DNA of 64,000 nucleotides from Phoronis australis (lineage: Eukaryota > Animalia > Phoronida). Numbering within the stretch: the stretch's first letter is position 1; every line of letters starts with the position of its first letter. The DNA lies in the NCBI GenBank assembly GCA_002633005.1, contig NMRA01000075.1:948426-1012425 (forward strand), read 5' to 3'. This document shows, piece by piece, positions 52,425-64,000 of this stretch. The translations under genes were made by a program, and so were the position numbers. The notes below the pieces were generated by a model, which worked only from the letters and a program-made list of their open reading frames with translations, was not told the origin of the DNA and did no database searches.

Positions 52425-54270
52425 AGTGCATAGAGCAGATACCTAGAGTCAGGCATGGTCTCATCACATGTAACATGAATGAGCATTAGACTCAATGACT
52501 GTAACTATATATTATTTAGTAGATACCTTTATATGCTATTAGTCAGACAAGGTCACATCACAAGCCATATGAATGAGCATCAGACTCAATGACTGTGTAA
52601 CTATATATTATTTAGTAGATACCTTTATATGCAAATAGTCAGACAAGGTCACATCACAAGCCACATGAATGAGCATCAGACTCAATGACTGTGTAACTAT
52701 ATATTATTTAGTAGATACCTTTATATGCTATTAGTCAGACAAGGTCACATCACAAGCCATATGAATGAGCATCAGACTCAGTGACAGTGTATGCATTGAG
52801 TAGATACCTCTGTAGAGTCAAATATGGTCACATCACATGTAATATCATGAATGATCATCAGACTCTGTGACTGTGTGTATAGAGCAGATACCTCAGAGTC
52901 TATAGATTCTGACTAAGTCACATTACATGTAATAGTGGGCGACCAGCGGAGCGCCTCCTAGGGGTTATACCTGAAATAACAACTGGTCACGTGACCAGAT
53001 AGGTGTAGACGAAAAATCTTGTCACTATGAAAAATGGCTGCGACCACATGGAAGCTACCATTACAACATTGCATAGCTTACAAAAACGCTGCATAACTCT
53101 AAAATTCCTCAAGCAGGGAGGTAGGTTGGACGAGCAGGGGCGGTGAATTTTGATAGTGGGCCGGTAGAAGGTGTCAAAGCAATGCATCGACCTATTTGTT
53201 GCAGTTTGTCACAAAAATCAAACATTACTTTTTACAGCTGTTACCATTCTGAGCAGATTGAAAAATGACAGTCAGATAGTTGAAAATTCTCGCTTCGATT
53301 TTTTCTTTCGAATTTTCAGTCACAGCATGGGAGTTAATCGTCGCCAGTCATTTTTTGTGAACAACTGATCAGCATGTTAAACATTACGAGATAGCCAACC
53401 CCCGTTTTAATCGCTTAAGCCAGTGTTTGCCTGTACAGTAAACTAACAAAACGGCATAACAGATCGTCCAGTCTTCTGCCAGTTAACAACGATATGACCA
53501 TCGACACATTTTGACTAGATGTCCGATGTTCTAATTTAATATATAAGTCTAGATATTCACTTTGCAAAATGGACGCTGCGTTCTGACAGTACTTTGCCTA
53601 AGACAAACTTACATGTTGTCAGGCAAGTTGTACCTCATAAACTTGTGAAAACATGTGCTGTTGAGACATCCAAGCATAAAGACTTAACGCAATATTCCAA
53701 ATTATCAGCGCAGACGCGTTAACTCCCCTGACTATAACTGAACTGATGTTGAACATTCAATTTGAGCATTGTTGACTAAGAACTATACTAAAGTACCATT
53801 GGCCATATTGCGCGAAATACCATAACCTCCCACATACAAGCCATAATGGCTGGATTACAAAGTGGAGCTGCAGATCGGTCTCAGAGGCCATGAAATCATG
53901 GGTTCGTCTCAACTACGGCAAAAACCTTGTGCTGATCATATTGCCGAGTTCTGCTTCAGTAACCTTCAATATGGAACTTGTATTATTCACTGTGAAAATG
54001 GTCAGAGTTTTTAACACTAATCGTTGGCTTCCGCCCGCAACCACGGCTCCGCCTTCCATGATATTATGAATGATCATCACTAGCTCTGTGGCTGTGTGTG
54101 TATAGATTAGATGCCGCCACAGAGTCAAACATGGTCACATCACATGTAATATGAATGATCATCAGACTCTCTGAATGTGTATGTAGAGACAGACATGGTC
54201 ACATCACATGTAATATGAATGATCATCAGACTCTCTGAATGTGTATGTATGTAAAGAGCAGATATCTCTC
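52425..54270. repeat. Tandem repeat of about 65-95 bp, split by an inserted element
   Basis: Units atggtcacatcacatgtaatatgaatgatcatcagactc at 52425-52933 and 54062-54270. Confidence 0.8.
52934..54064 (-). mobile_element. Non-autonomous element (Helentron/HINE-like) inserted in a tandem repeat
   Basis: CpG-rich block with GC-rich hairpin-like ends (gggcgaccagcggagcgcc; ggcttccgccc..ggctccgcc) that interrupts one repeat unit between catgtaat and atgaatgatc. Confidence 0.55.
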
Positions 54271-54390
54271 TGAACCAAGTCAAATATAAATACTTGTATG
54301 AAGAATTTGGCAAACAGAAAAAAATGCATGATGCTGCATAAAATAAATGAAGATCTACCAGAGGTGACACCAAGTGGCCCATTTACTCAC

Positions 54391-54503
54391 CACGTTGCTT
54401 AGGTTCACGCCTAGTATCTGACACCACAGTTGAGCTCGTAGGCCAACAGGGCAACCTTTCTTAGAGAACTCCTGCGCCAGTGGTGAGTGGTTGGCAGCTA
54501 CCA
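54391..54503 (-). CDS. TBC1D19: TBC1D19 exon, (V)VAANHSPLAQEFSKKGCPVGLRAQLWCQILGVNLSNV (start of the TBC domain)
   Basis: catttcag|TG ... GTG|gtgagt; 113 nt; GxPxxLRxxLW TBC motif. Confidence 0.94.
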
Positions 54504-54984
54504 CTGAAATGAATGGGTTGTACATGTCTGTGTTTGACCACAGGTCACTGGTGTCACACGAAGTAGTAAACAACACTTGATGTAAATCACTAACAAAGGA
54601 TGACTGGTTTGATGGGTCTGCTACCACTCAACTACAGTAGTTCAACATTCTTCTACCCCCTCACAAAAAGAAGTTTTCAATTCAAGAAAATTTGCGGGAG
54701 TGGAGATAAGGAAGTAATTGATATGAGTTTTATAAACTAAGGCAAAATGCCTTAAAGACAAAATATGTCATTTAATTTCGCCACCTAGTGAAACATAACT
54801 TTATTGGCCAACCACTAGGATTGGTTACAACAAAATCCATTTCTTTGTAATAGAAATAAAGACTTTAACACACATCTGTCACATGAGCAGTGCATGCATT
54901 AGATACATAAAGAGACAGTCTTATAGTTCAGTGCTTAAAATCGCATACTTAAAAGCCACTGTTTTCAATTCTAGAGACATGTAC

Positions 54985-55096
54985 CTCTTCTAGCCATCTT
55001 GTTCCTCTCTAAGTCAAACAGATCTTGTGGGACACCACTAGAGTCATCTATACCACACTGACATTGGTTGATGGACATTTCACTGTACTGCAGGCG
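54985..55096 (-). CDS. TBC1D19: TBC1D19 exon, RLQYSEMSINQCQCGIDDSSGVPQDLFDLERNKMARR(V)
   Basis: cctttcag|CGC ... GAG|gtacat; 112 nt; lies within ORF 54971..55195; GIDDS motif. Confidence 0.92.
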
Positions 55097-55745
55097 CTGA
55101 AAGGACCACAACAAAATATGAAAACAACAATCTCTTATGTCCAACACTGAAGTATACTTAAATACTAGATAATGAAGATGACCTATAAGCTTCAACCAGT
55201 GTCCTTACTAAGTTCACAATAAGTATTGTCAATGTAGGCGAAAGTAAATGTGAAATTGGTGACAAAAATGTTGAAGTTTGTTGAAACCTGGAGAGGAAAC
55301 CGGAACCACAATAGAACTAATTGGTCTAATGTCTTAAATAATATGAATATTCATTGATTCATCATAGGTGAGAACTGTTTTAACTACTAAATCATCAATA
55401 CTACTTCACATATTGTGCAGAGATTGTCTCAACAATTATCTAAATCTTAATTAATTTACTTGAATACTGTCCACAAGACTCTGGTTTTCTTTATAATCGG
55501 CTAAGTCATGTGTGCATAGGTTTCCTTGTTTTCCTTACAGTTGTAGCTTTAGTTATAGTTGTAACTCAATACACACCACCTAATATGGATAAAGGTTAAT
55601 GTGATTGGATAAAATGTTAAGTGAACGACATAGAGCACCAATCATAAATTAATGTGATTGGACAAAATGTTAAATGAGTGACAAGGGGGCACCAACCTTA
55701 GGTTAACCACCTACATGAGTTGGCTATAATAAATAATTTACTTAC

Positions 55746-55806
55746 TAATTCATGGGTGTCTTTGACAGGCAGTGGTACTTGTACCATGCCCCACATGCCA
55801 GTGTAA
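55746..55806 (-). CDS. TBC1D19: TBC1D19 exon, (S)YTGMWGMVQVPLPVKDTHEL
   Basis: ctgttgtag|T ... TTA|gtaagt; 61 nt; GxxQVPLxVKD motif. Confidence 0.9.
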
Positions 55807-56174
55807 CTACAACAGAAACTTAATTTAAAATAGGACATTTTTCATCAAGCATGCAAATATCAGAAAATGTCAATAATGGTTTCAGTGAAAATGACTAAGA
55901 CCACAATCAATTAATAAGAACAGATAATCTCAAACCAGTTCTAAGAACTTGAGCCTCAAACGACAGTTCTGACACTACACGTTCATTTGATGCTTACTCT
56001 CATTAAGATCTTATATCTACCCAGTGTCAAAATAATGCGCATATCCCCACATAATGACTAATACAAGATGTTATCTAGCAATTTCTTTTAATTTTGGTTG
56101 CATGGGCTCTCATGGCAGCCTATGTGTTCAAATTATCCATTTCCGTGTTAACTTTATGTGAAACAAAGAAATAC

Positions 56175-56268
56175 CTTATGTCAGAATGTGAAAAATTTTG
56201 ATTTCTTAGAGCGAGGATAACTTCTAGAAAGTCCTTGGGTGCGTAGACAGGGCGGATGTTACTTAGTC
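56175..56268 (-). CDS. TBC1D19: TBC1D19 exon, (G)LSNIRPVYAPKDFLEVILALRNQNFSHSDI(S)
   Basis: ttattgcag|GA ... AAG|gtattt; 94 nt; RPVYAPKDFLE motif. Confidence 0.95.
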
Positions 56269-56466
56269 CTGCAATAAAACAATGACTTAATAATGATCCA
56301 CATGACTTTCAACAAGACAATGTCATTGGTGGTAACTGTTCTTAGAATTAGTCCAGCAAATTGTAAAGAAAACTCAAAGAATCCCTTTAATCAGGGTTGT
56401 TGCACCAAAAGAAGTTCAAGGACAATTCACCATTGGTAATATCTATTCAATAAGAGACATATACAG

Positions 56467-58412
56467 AAACAAGTATCTTGTCACAGGCTGACCAAAATGT
56501 CCACTGACGCCTGGGGTTGCACGCACTTTTAATGCAGCTACAGTTTTGAGTTGTACCGTAACAAATTTTTTGTGTAAACTGTAAGCTATATGAATATCCT
56601 TAAAACATTTTGTTTCCAACATATCTGAAAATGTTCATTCAATTAACAATTCCCAAAATGTTCAAAAGAAGATTTTTGCTTTAAAGCAAACTGTCACACA
56701 GTGCAAGATGTGATGTAGCAATGACATTTCTCATTATGACCCTGAAAATGAGGTCTAAGTCACCAAATTCGATTGGTGTCTAGAGATACCTTCTACACAA
56801 TAGTGCAAAATTTGAAGAAAATGCAAAGCTTCTTTCTACTAATATTGGGTCAACAACATTTCTGAAGTAGAACTTTTAAATTTTTTGCTACGACCTTGAA
56901 AACAAGGTCAAGGCTACCAAAATGGCACGTGCAAATTAACTACAATTTTTGGGCCTCCATTGCCCTCTAAAATCATTTATTTAAAGAACATGTAAAACTC
57001 CCATCAACAGGAAAAAATTCACCTGCAATATTTAAAAATTCCCCTCAAGGTTATAATGACTTTTAACACACAGACCCAAAACTTCAAAAAGTTTTATTAA
57101 GAGTTAAAATCCTCACTTTGTAGTCATGCCTTGAGCTTACCGCAGTCTTGAACCCAAACTTTGGGTTTGAGGCTATCATTACTACCTTGGTGTGCAGATC
57201 AGAATCTAGATTTACTTTACCACAACTGCAGATGTGATCATATATATTCATGTATGACTAGTCCAAATTCAAGAAAAAGCCTGCCAGCTGGTCAGCTCAG
57301 TTGTGCACCAGTACAAAATGTTCATTTTGTTTACTTGATCCAGTGCTGATGAGGGGTGGGATTGGCAAACGAGGGGGTTATCGATTGGTGGTGATGACCT
57401 AGGGTGATTTTCTTCGCTTCACCAGAAAAAATTTTCCATCTTGGAAGGCCCAGGCACCCATCCCCTCAGGTAAGCGAGGAGTGGAATATGAACAAAATGT
57501 GCAACTTTCGTCTTCAGATATCACACTAACATTTTTCATGCCCTTAAAAATGATGTCAAGGTCATCAAAATTGACTGACGCTTGGAGTAGCCTCACCTTT
57601 ACTTCCGTAAAAAACATGATAAAAATACCAAGTTCTCTTCTTGAGATTATACACTAACTTTCTGGTTGTGACTTTGAAAATTAAGTCAAAGTCATCAAAA
57701 CTGACTACGGCATTGATATTCCTCTTCTACACCTCGGCTCAAAATAGGAAAATAATCTAAATCTCCCTTCCTGAGATATAGCACCAACAATTTCACCAAG
57801 CCAAAACCTGATAATCTTGCTGCGACCTCGAATATGTCAAGGTCACGGAAATTGACTGGTGTCTGAAATTTCCCAACTTACACTTCAGTACTAAATATGA
57901 ACATATTCTAAAGCTCAAATCACGAGATATCACACCAACAACATTTTCCCAAGTTAAACTTGATTTCCACACCGCGACCTTGAAAATAAGGTCAAGGTGA
58001 CTAATATTGACTGGGCCCCTTGAGCTGCTCCACCTACACCTCAGTACAAAATATGAACATAATTTAAAGCTCCCTTCTTGAAATATTGCACCAACAAAAT
58101 TTTCCCAAGTTAAACTAGATTTCCACACCGTGGCAGGTCACTAAAATCTACTGGACCCTGGAGTTGCCCCATCTACAGTACAAAATATGAACATAAGCTA
58201 AAGTTTCCTTCTAGAGATATTGTGCCAACAACATCCACACTGTGACAGGTCACTAAAATCTACTGGCCCCTGGAGTTGCCCCACCTACAATACAAAATAC
58301 GAACATAAGCTAAAGTTTCCTTCTAGAGATATTGTGCCCACAACGTAGTGAGATGGACAGACAGTTGTGAATACCATTTGCCCTGCTTCACGATAACAAG
58401 CAGAAGGGGACG
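56467..58412 (+). mobile_element. Helentron/HINE-type element(s) with internal satellite-like subrepeats
   Basis: Starts aaacaag, has recurring gaccttgaaaataaggtcaaggtcac subrepeats of roughly 130-150 bp, and ends ggacagacag..ccctgcttc..gcagaagggg (hairpin). Confidence 0.55.
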
Positions 58413-58485
58413 CACATGAAAGAGGAGAGAGATTAATGGATATGGAAGAAACTTGCATGTCTAACACAAACTAAAGCACACTAAC

Positions 58486-58552
58486 CAGTAGGTGTGTCTG
58501 TTCCCAACTCTGTCCACTTTGAGGAGATGTCTCTCTGGTCCTTCTCACTTCT
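58486..58552 (-). CDS. TBC1D19: TBC1D19 exon, RSEKDQRDISSKWTELGTDTPT(G)
   Basis: ttgtccag|AGA ... CTG|gttagt; 67 nt; KWxExGTD motif; phases fit neighbouring exons. Confidence 0.88.
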
Positions 58553-58589
58553 CTGGACAACAAAAATGCAAGATTGATTAAATGAAGAC

Positions 58590-58728
58590 CGCACATCACA
58601 CTTTGTACAGATATGTGCATCACAAGGCTGCTATGGGCTTGTTAACAGTAAACCAAGACGCACATCACATTTTGCACAGAAGTGCATCACAAGGCTGCTA
58701 TGGGTCTGTTAACAGTAAACCAAGACGT
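58590..58728. repeat. Tandem duplication of about 70 bp
   Basis: cgcacatcaca..tgcatcacaaggctgctatggg..gttaacagtaaaccaagacg occurs twice. Confidence 0.8.
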
Positions 58729-59197
58729 GCAAAATGCTAGACAATTATCAATATATTATTTGGTTGATTTGTAACCCATTCTTCATTGACTGTGTGTATT
58801 CATATATTGTGAAGGTGGAATTCACTCATTTGCCAACATAATCGTGAGCACAACAAATTTCACGAAAGGGATATTACGTTATCTTGCAGACCGGAAACCT
58901 TTGTCAGAATTGGCAATAAAAAATTACAAAAACACAACAGATTTTTTGGTTTCATATCTCTGGTCAAAGCTAACAATTTTAGGAAGACTATCCTACCCAT
59001 CAATTATCTCACAAGGGCGGCCCTTAAGCCACTTGTGTCCTTTGAAATGAAATCATGTGTACTACTGACAATGTTACTTCAGTCATCAGTTGCCTCTGCG
59101 TACACATCACATTGAACAAATACGCACTCACTTAACCTAACGGAGACAACACATCACCTTAAGTTTGAAATCACATACAAGTCTCGCGTCAACATAC

Positions 59198-59272
59198 CCG
59201 TTTTGCCAGTGGGACACTTAGTTCTGTGCACATACTGTTCAGACTTTTTAATATCCGCTTCTCCCAATTAAC
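59198..59272 (-). CDS. TBC1D19: TBC1D19 exon, VNWEKRILKSLNSMCTELSVPLAKR
   Basis: tgtag|GTT ... CGG|gtatgt; 75 nt; near-invariant TBC1D19 motif. Confidence 0.95.
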
Positions 59273-60244
59273 CTACAGTATAAAAGAGAGTTGTATAATT
59301 ACTCTAACAGGATTTCATACTGGAAAACATGAAGCAAAAATGCCCTGTGGATTAAATCAAGTATCCAGTTAAAGTCACATTGTTATCAATAAATTCAATA
59401 ATCCAATCACACACTGGAGCTGACTAACACACAGGGGACTGTTTCACTGATATGTTGTAATTTTACGACGTGCTTTTTTAGACAAATAGTTGTAAGATTT
59501 TGGAAGAAGTATGTTTCCATTTAGACTCTGTAGCTAACAAAACTAAGATAAAACATTGATTAAATATAGATAACAATTATCTGTTGACTATGGCATCAAC
59601 CAACAATAATTTTGAAACATGCAGTCTGTCCGTTAGTCTAAAAGGAAGTAACGTTATTCCTTGGCATTTTGAGAGCATGAATGTGACTCTGTTGTTTGGC
59701 GAGCAATTCAGGCAGAGCTGACACAGACAAAAAGTAAAGAGACATTTTGTAATGTGGGGCTATTTACATGCCTTGAATCATTTGAGTGTCTACATCACAG
59801 CAGTGGATTTTGATGGTGTCCTGATTGAAAAGAATTCATGAACTAAAGCAACATTGAGAGCTGGCAAATGGCAGATATACCGGTACTAGTATTCTTAAAC
59901 ATTTCCAAGCGCTAGAGTGGGCAACACCTAGTGAACTTAGAATTGAGTCTACAGGGGGCAGATATTGAGGCAAACGCAAAAACTAAAATTCTCATTGACA
60001 TTAACATATCTACTTATTTTTTAATTACACTTGGTAGATATCGAGGTAGGCGCAAAAACCGAAACAGCCGCAAGGAAGCACAGTAACGAAATCTCTGCCA
60101 TAAATTTCCATCCAAGTCACTGGAATGAATTGTAGTTGGTGCAGAACGCTGTCCACCAAGTGCTTTATAAAGCATGGACATTAGGAAGGATTGGTCACTG
60201 AATGAAATAGAGCTAAGAACCAGTCTTATAGTGAAACTTGCACG

Positions 60245-60620
60245 CTAATTCCTTATCTCTGTGATTGCTTGGTCAAATTAATTAGAAACACACACAATAT
60301 ATATCAACGATGTGAATATGACATAGGTCGAAAATTGAAAAATGTTTTCAAGAACAAGTTTTGTGTCGAAAATGATCCGCCATAAATGACTCATACGTAT
60401 CCAGTAAGAATGATGGCGTCGTGTTGGGGAATAACATTGCATGATAACAATTATGTGAGCCCCCAACGTATGTCATTAGTGCAAATGTCACCTATTTGCA
60501 GAATATTCGTTTCCACATTTACAATGAATACAACTGCACTTTGCTGTTCAAATAGCATTGTCATTTAGTTATTGCTATACATCAGCATAGTTAGAAGCAT
60601 GCAATTACACCTTTAAATAT
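60245..60620 (-). repeat. Dispersed repeat, diverged inverted copy of about 21250-21600
   Basis: ORF-track similarity (MGAHI..IM.CYSPT..HH.YWI) and nucleotide reverse-complement matches. Confidence 0.7.
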
Positions 60621-60664
60621 GACTCAAAGCTCCATTACTAGACTCTGTACTGGTTGCACAGTAC

Positions 60665-60786
60665 CTGTGCCTTCCTTATGTAGGTCAGAGGCTCCTTGTA
60701 GTGTTCCAGAGACTGACTAGGGTGACACGCAGAGCAGCACTTCTGCATGCGGCTATACACAGCATTTCTCAACTTTCTCTCCACTC
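60665..60786 (-). CDS. TBC1D19: TBC1D19 exon, (G)VERKLRNAVYSRMQKCCSACHPSQSLEHYKEPLTYIRKAQ
   Basis: tttgtag|GA ... CAG|gtact; 122 nt; KEPLxYxRKAQ motif. Confidence 0.92.
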
Positions 60787-61019
60787 CTACAAACATAACA
60801 ACACAAGGCATGGATGAACTAAACTACTAGCAACACAGAAGATCGTGTGAAACATTAGGATTCACATAAATCATATACAGGCAAGTACAGGTTGAACACA
60901 GGGTGTTCAAATAGGTTAGTTAAACCATAGTAACCAAACAACAATAGGTTACCATAGGTGCAAGTTGACAGCACTTACCCAAACTTATGTTGTAAAGCTT
61001 CTCCACCCTAACAGCATGA

Positions 61020-61330
61020 TAATCATTTTACCTAGGCTGATATTGCCTGTGACCTGCTGTGTCGTTCAACATTCTGGAGTCGGCTTTGCATTGGTTTACA
61101 CTAGAGATCCCAACAGCTGTGCCCCAATTCAAGATTCTAGTTCCATCACAATTAACTTTTTTCTGCAATGTTCTTTGCAGACGAGTGCTTCGCTAAAAGC
61201 TTATCAAGAATATCTAAACAGGACAGCTGTCTTTGGACAATCCAGTCAGGTTTTCCGCTTTTTCATTCATCTGGATGCCAGCATGTCCACACACATATGT
61301 CCAGAAAACAACCCAAGATGGGTGTTTACC
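61020..61330 (-). mobile_element. Ancient RNase H-bearing LINE (I/Ingi-like) fragment
   Basis: A minus frame at about 61322-61214 reads WVVFWTYVCGHAGIQMNEKAENLT, matching the RNase HI motif W..V.GH.G..GNE.AD.LA. Confidence 0.5.
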
Positions 61331-63424
61331 ATGAAAAGTGGGAATGTTGGCTGGCATTAGCGATTCAGTAGTAAAGTGGACTAACATTCTTTTTCAACCA
61401 CAAGCATTTTAGATCCAATGCGAGAGGTGATTCAGACCGGTCTAAATTTGGTACGGTAGTAAAGTTAGTATGCTTGAAAAGACCGGACTATGTAAACGCA
61501 ATGCAAAAGATTTGGTCTAGATTATTTTTCTCGACCGTCCTAACATATTTCCCCTAATTCACACGAGTGAAGTTCTTCCCACCAGGGTTTTAGCCAAGAT
61601 AGTGATATACGCCGTAGATTTGTCACGGTTTGCGAGGCACGTAGTGCTGAGTGGGGGAGGTCTGGGGGTGGAAACCTCCCTCTCGCCAAAAAAACTTTTG
61701 ATTTTTGTCCTTGAAAGGTGGCACTTCTCTTGATTCATGCAGCATAAATTTGCTATTTCTGTTGGTAAGTATGTTTTGCACCTCAACTGCATTTCTGAAG
61801 TTTTTCCAATACATACAGTGTTCAAGTGGATCAAGGGATAGCTGTCTTCACAAATACTCTGCTCACATCAGATCTGCCAGTGTAAAAAAGACCACTCTTG
61901 TGTAGGGCTACAGGGTTGTCCAACGGCATGACACAGAGCAGGTAACCTTCAGCACCCGGACAAGTGAAATTTCAACTTACTTGCCCAACTGGCAAGTTGA
62001 ATTGAAAGTTCTCTTTAGAAATTTTACTCCCTTTGAATGTAATATTTTGTTTATTAAGTAGTAGCAGTTAAGTTGAGGAGTGCATGTTATTAATGACAAA
62101 GCTGGAGATTAGTCACATGATATTTGTGGCGAGCATTCACTAACTATCTCGTGCCGATTAATTCATCCAAAATCACATGGTCCCGTCAAAAACACGCAAC
62201 TACATAATCTTGCGAAATCTTGCTTTTTTACCAAGACACTAGGGTTACTGCATGCTCCCCTAGAATTATTGTCTGCATCTCAGCGGACATTGTCAGACAA
62301 CCCGAGAATGAATGAGTAGGTCCATAGGGGTCATGAAACAAAACACTCCAGCAAAGACATCACTCACCAATGCAACATTTGAAATTTTGCTTAAGATTGG
62401 AAAAGTGTGCTCATACAAATCATGGCAATTACCTGTTAAAAGCTGTAGTTAGTAAATATGAGATGCAAAACCATTGACAATTAAGTTTCTGGTCAAGTGA
62501 TGTGTGCAAGTATCCAAACCGTATACTTTTCCGAAGATAAAACATATTGTTGGGATGTAAATAACCCATGGTCGAGCCCACAGTTGCAAAATTTTGCCCG
62601 CTAGATTTGACATCTGCTCGCCCACTTGACAGGCACGCGGGCGGCTGGCTAATACTCTGCTTCCCGTCATTTTGCACTCTCGACGTTGTTGCTGTTTCTG
62701 TCAACTCACTGTTCACTGTACAATTTTTTAAGTTAAACGTGTCTCAAAATAAAAATAGAATTGGCAATTGGTGGTTGGATTCCTATTGGGGTACAGCGTA
62801 GCGACATCTTGAGTCTAGTGCAATGAAGTTTTAAAGTTAAGCAGTGGAATGTTAGTCTATTCTAGTGAGAAAGGTATCAATTTGGTACGATTGGTTATCA
62901 TGCTTATCTAAAATATGACCTCAAACTAGTCTGGACTAACTCTAATGTGAAAGCAGCTATACTAAACTAATCCTGTAAATTATTACAACAATCATTCAGA
63001 AAAAATAACATTGTTAGCATCTCTTGTGGTTTAACTGACACACTACATGAATAACTGATGTTTAACCTTACTGACCTAAAGATGCTTTAGATGTAAGCTA
63101 AATGTCATGCTTTACCATTACCTTCTATGTTATCCCTGTTAGTTGACTTTTACTGTGACCAAAGCCTGATATCATTGCCTATTGTTTGCTTGTATGGATA
63201 TTGAACTGCCGGAAAGGTTTCTTGTCATCAGCAACATTGACAATGAAACATGACATAGTTTTGTGTGGCATGAGCTTTAAGAGCAACTCCACTCTTAAAG
63301 TGAAAAGAAACAGAATAAATAACTAAGTTGAAACGATTTTTCAAAAAACAATACTAACACCATCCCTGAAGGATTCAGGATAAATTTTGAAGGTTTGGTT
63401 TCCTAAACTTCTCTTCAAAGGCAG

Positions 63425-63795
63425 TTAAGTTGACTGTTATTAGTACCACCAGACCTAGTTAGGGACTATGTTGACTGTTACCAGTGCCCACCAGAAATAG
63501 TCCAGGACTAGTAGAGTTGACTACTTTCAGTACCCACCAGAACTAGTCAGAGACTAGATATAGTTGACTATTAACGATAGCCATCAGAACTGATCAGTAT
63601 AGTTGATTACTATCAATACCAACCAGAACTGATAAGTATACTAAACCAGAGAATTAGTTAGAGACTATTATATTTGGCTATGATAAGTACTCACCAGAAC
63701 TAATAAGTATAATTGACTATTATCATTATTCACCAAAACTAGTTGGAGACTAATATAGTTGACTATTATCAGTACTCACCAGAACTGATAAGTAT
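63425..63795. repeat. Minisatellite overlapping the 3' end and splice donor of exon 63780-63852
   Basis: Diverged 38-50 bp units agttgactattatcagtactcaccagaactgataagtat. Confidence 0.82.
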
Positions 63796-63852
63796 CTCCT
63801 TGACACCTTGTTGTAAGTCTTTGAATGTCAAACCTGGTTTCAATAAGGCATC
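63780..63852 (-). CDS. TBC1D19: TBC1D19 coding exon (first in window), DALLKPGLTFKDLQQGVKEILISS(G)
   Basis: Acceptor ttttcag|GAT and donor CTG|gtgagt; 73 nt; resembles the N-terminal region of TBC1D19 and is phase-compatible with the next exon. Confidence 0.8.
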
Positions 63853-64000
63853 CTGAAAATACAACTGTCAGCAGTAACGAACCCTAAAACTAGAAATTAG
63901 CAATACTATCAATATCAAATCATGTCAAAAGTGCTTATTTAATAAACTTCCGGTGGGCATTACTTTCAATATATATATAACTCTGATTTGAGATAATGGA

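Larger units (their letters stand above)
2291..63852 (-). other. TBC1D19: TBC1 domain family member 19 orthologue, gene span (16 coding exons in window; 5' exon outside the window)
   Basis: Manually spliced exons, all GT-AG and phase-consistent, total 1476 nt (491 aa + stop). They contain TBC1D19 signature segments WEKRILKSLNSMCTEL, RPVYAPKDFLE, DVKLTATNDDQYFVFEDYLYQ, YPPSGVIPFHGFAMY and SFKWLIRAFSGYL. Confidence 0.95.

Noticed and set aside
60965-61360. 131-aa + strand ORF
   Set aside because: No homology recognised; the opposite strand carries a decayed RNase H motif.

Overview
This is AT-rich, repeat-dense eukaryotic DNA from a draft assembly, most likely a marine invertebrate metazoan (inferred from intron style and repeat families). 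It has one 748-N gap and three single-N contig joins. The only well-supported host gene is a TBC1D19 orthologue on the minus strand. I traced 16 GT-AG coding exons between 63852 and 2291 that splice in frame into 491 aa plus a stop codon; the first coding exon lies beyond the right edge. One intron (15440-54390) is about 39 kb. Introns are filled with decayed mobile elements: a BEL/Pao LTR retrotransposon, an RTE-X/L2-like LINE, L1/Tx1 and RNase H-LINE fragments, TA-targeting Tc1/pogo-like non-autonomous elements, Harbinger-like MITEs and Helentron/HINE-like elements, plus many minisatellites. I found no convincing novel system. The most notable observations are a minisatellite built from an exon/5' splice-site junction, minisatellites hugging exons, a perfect 56-bp palindrome with two CTCF-like motifs, filled and empty transposon sites exposed by haplotype duplications, and weak hints of a nested antisense gene in the giant intron.
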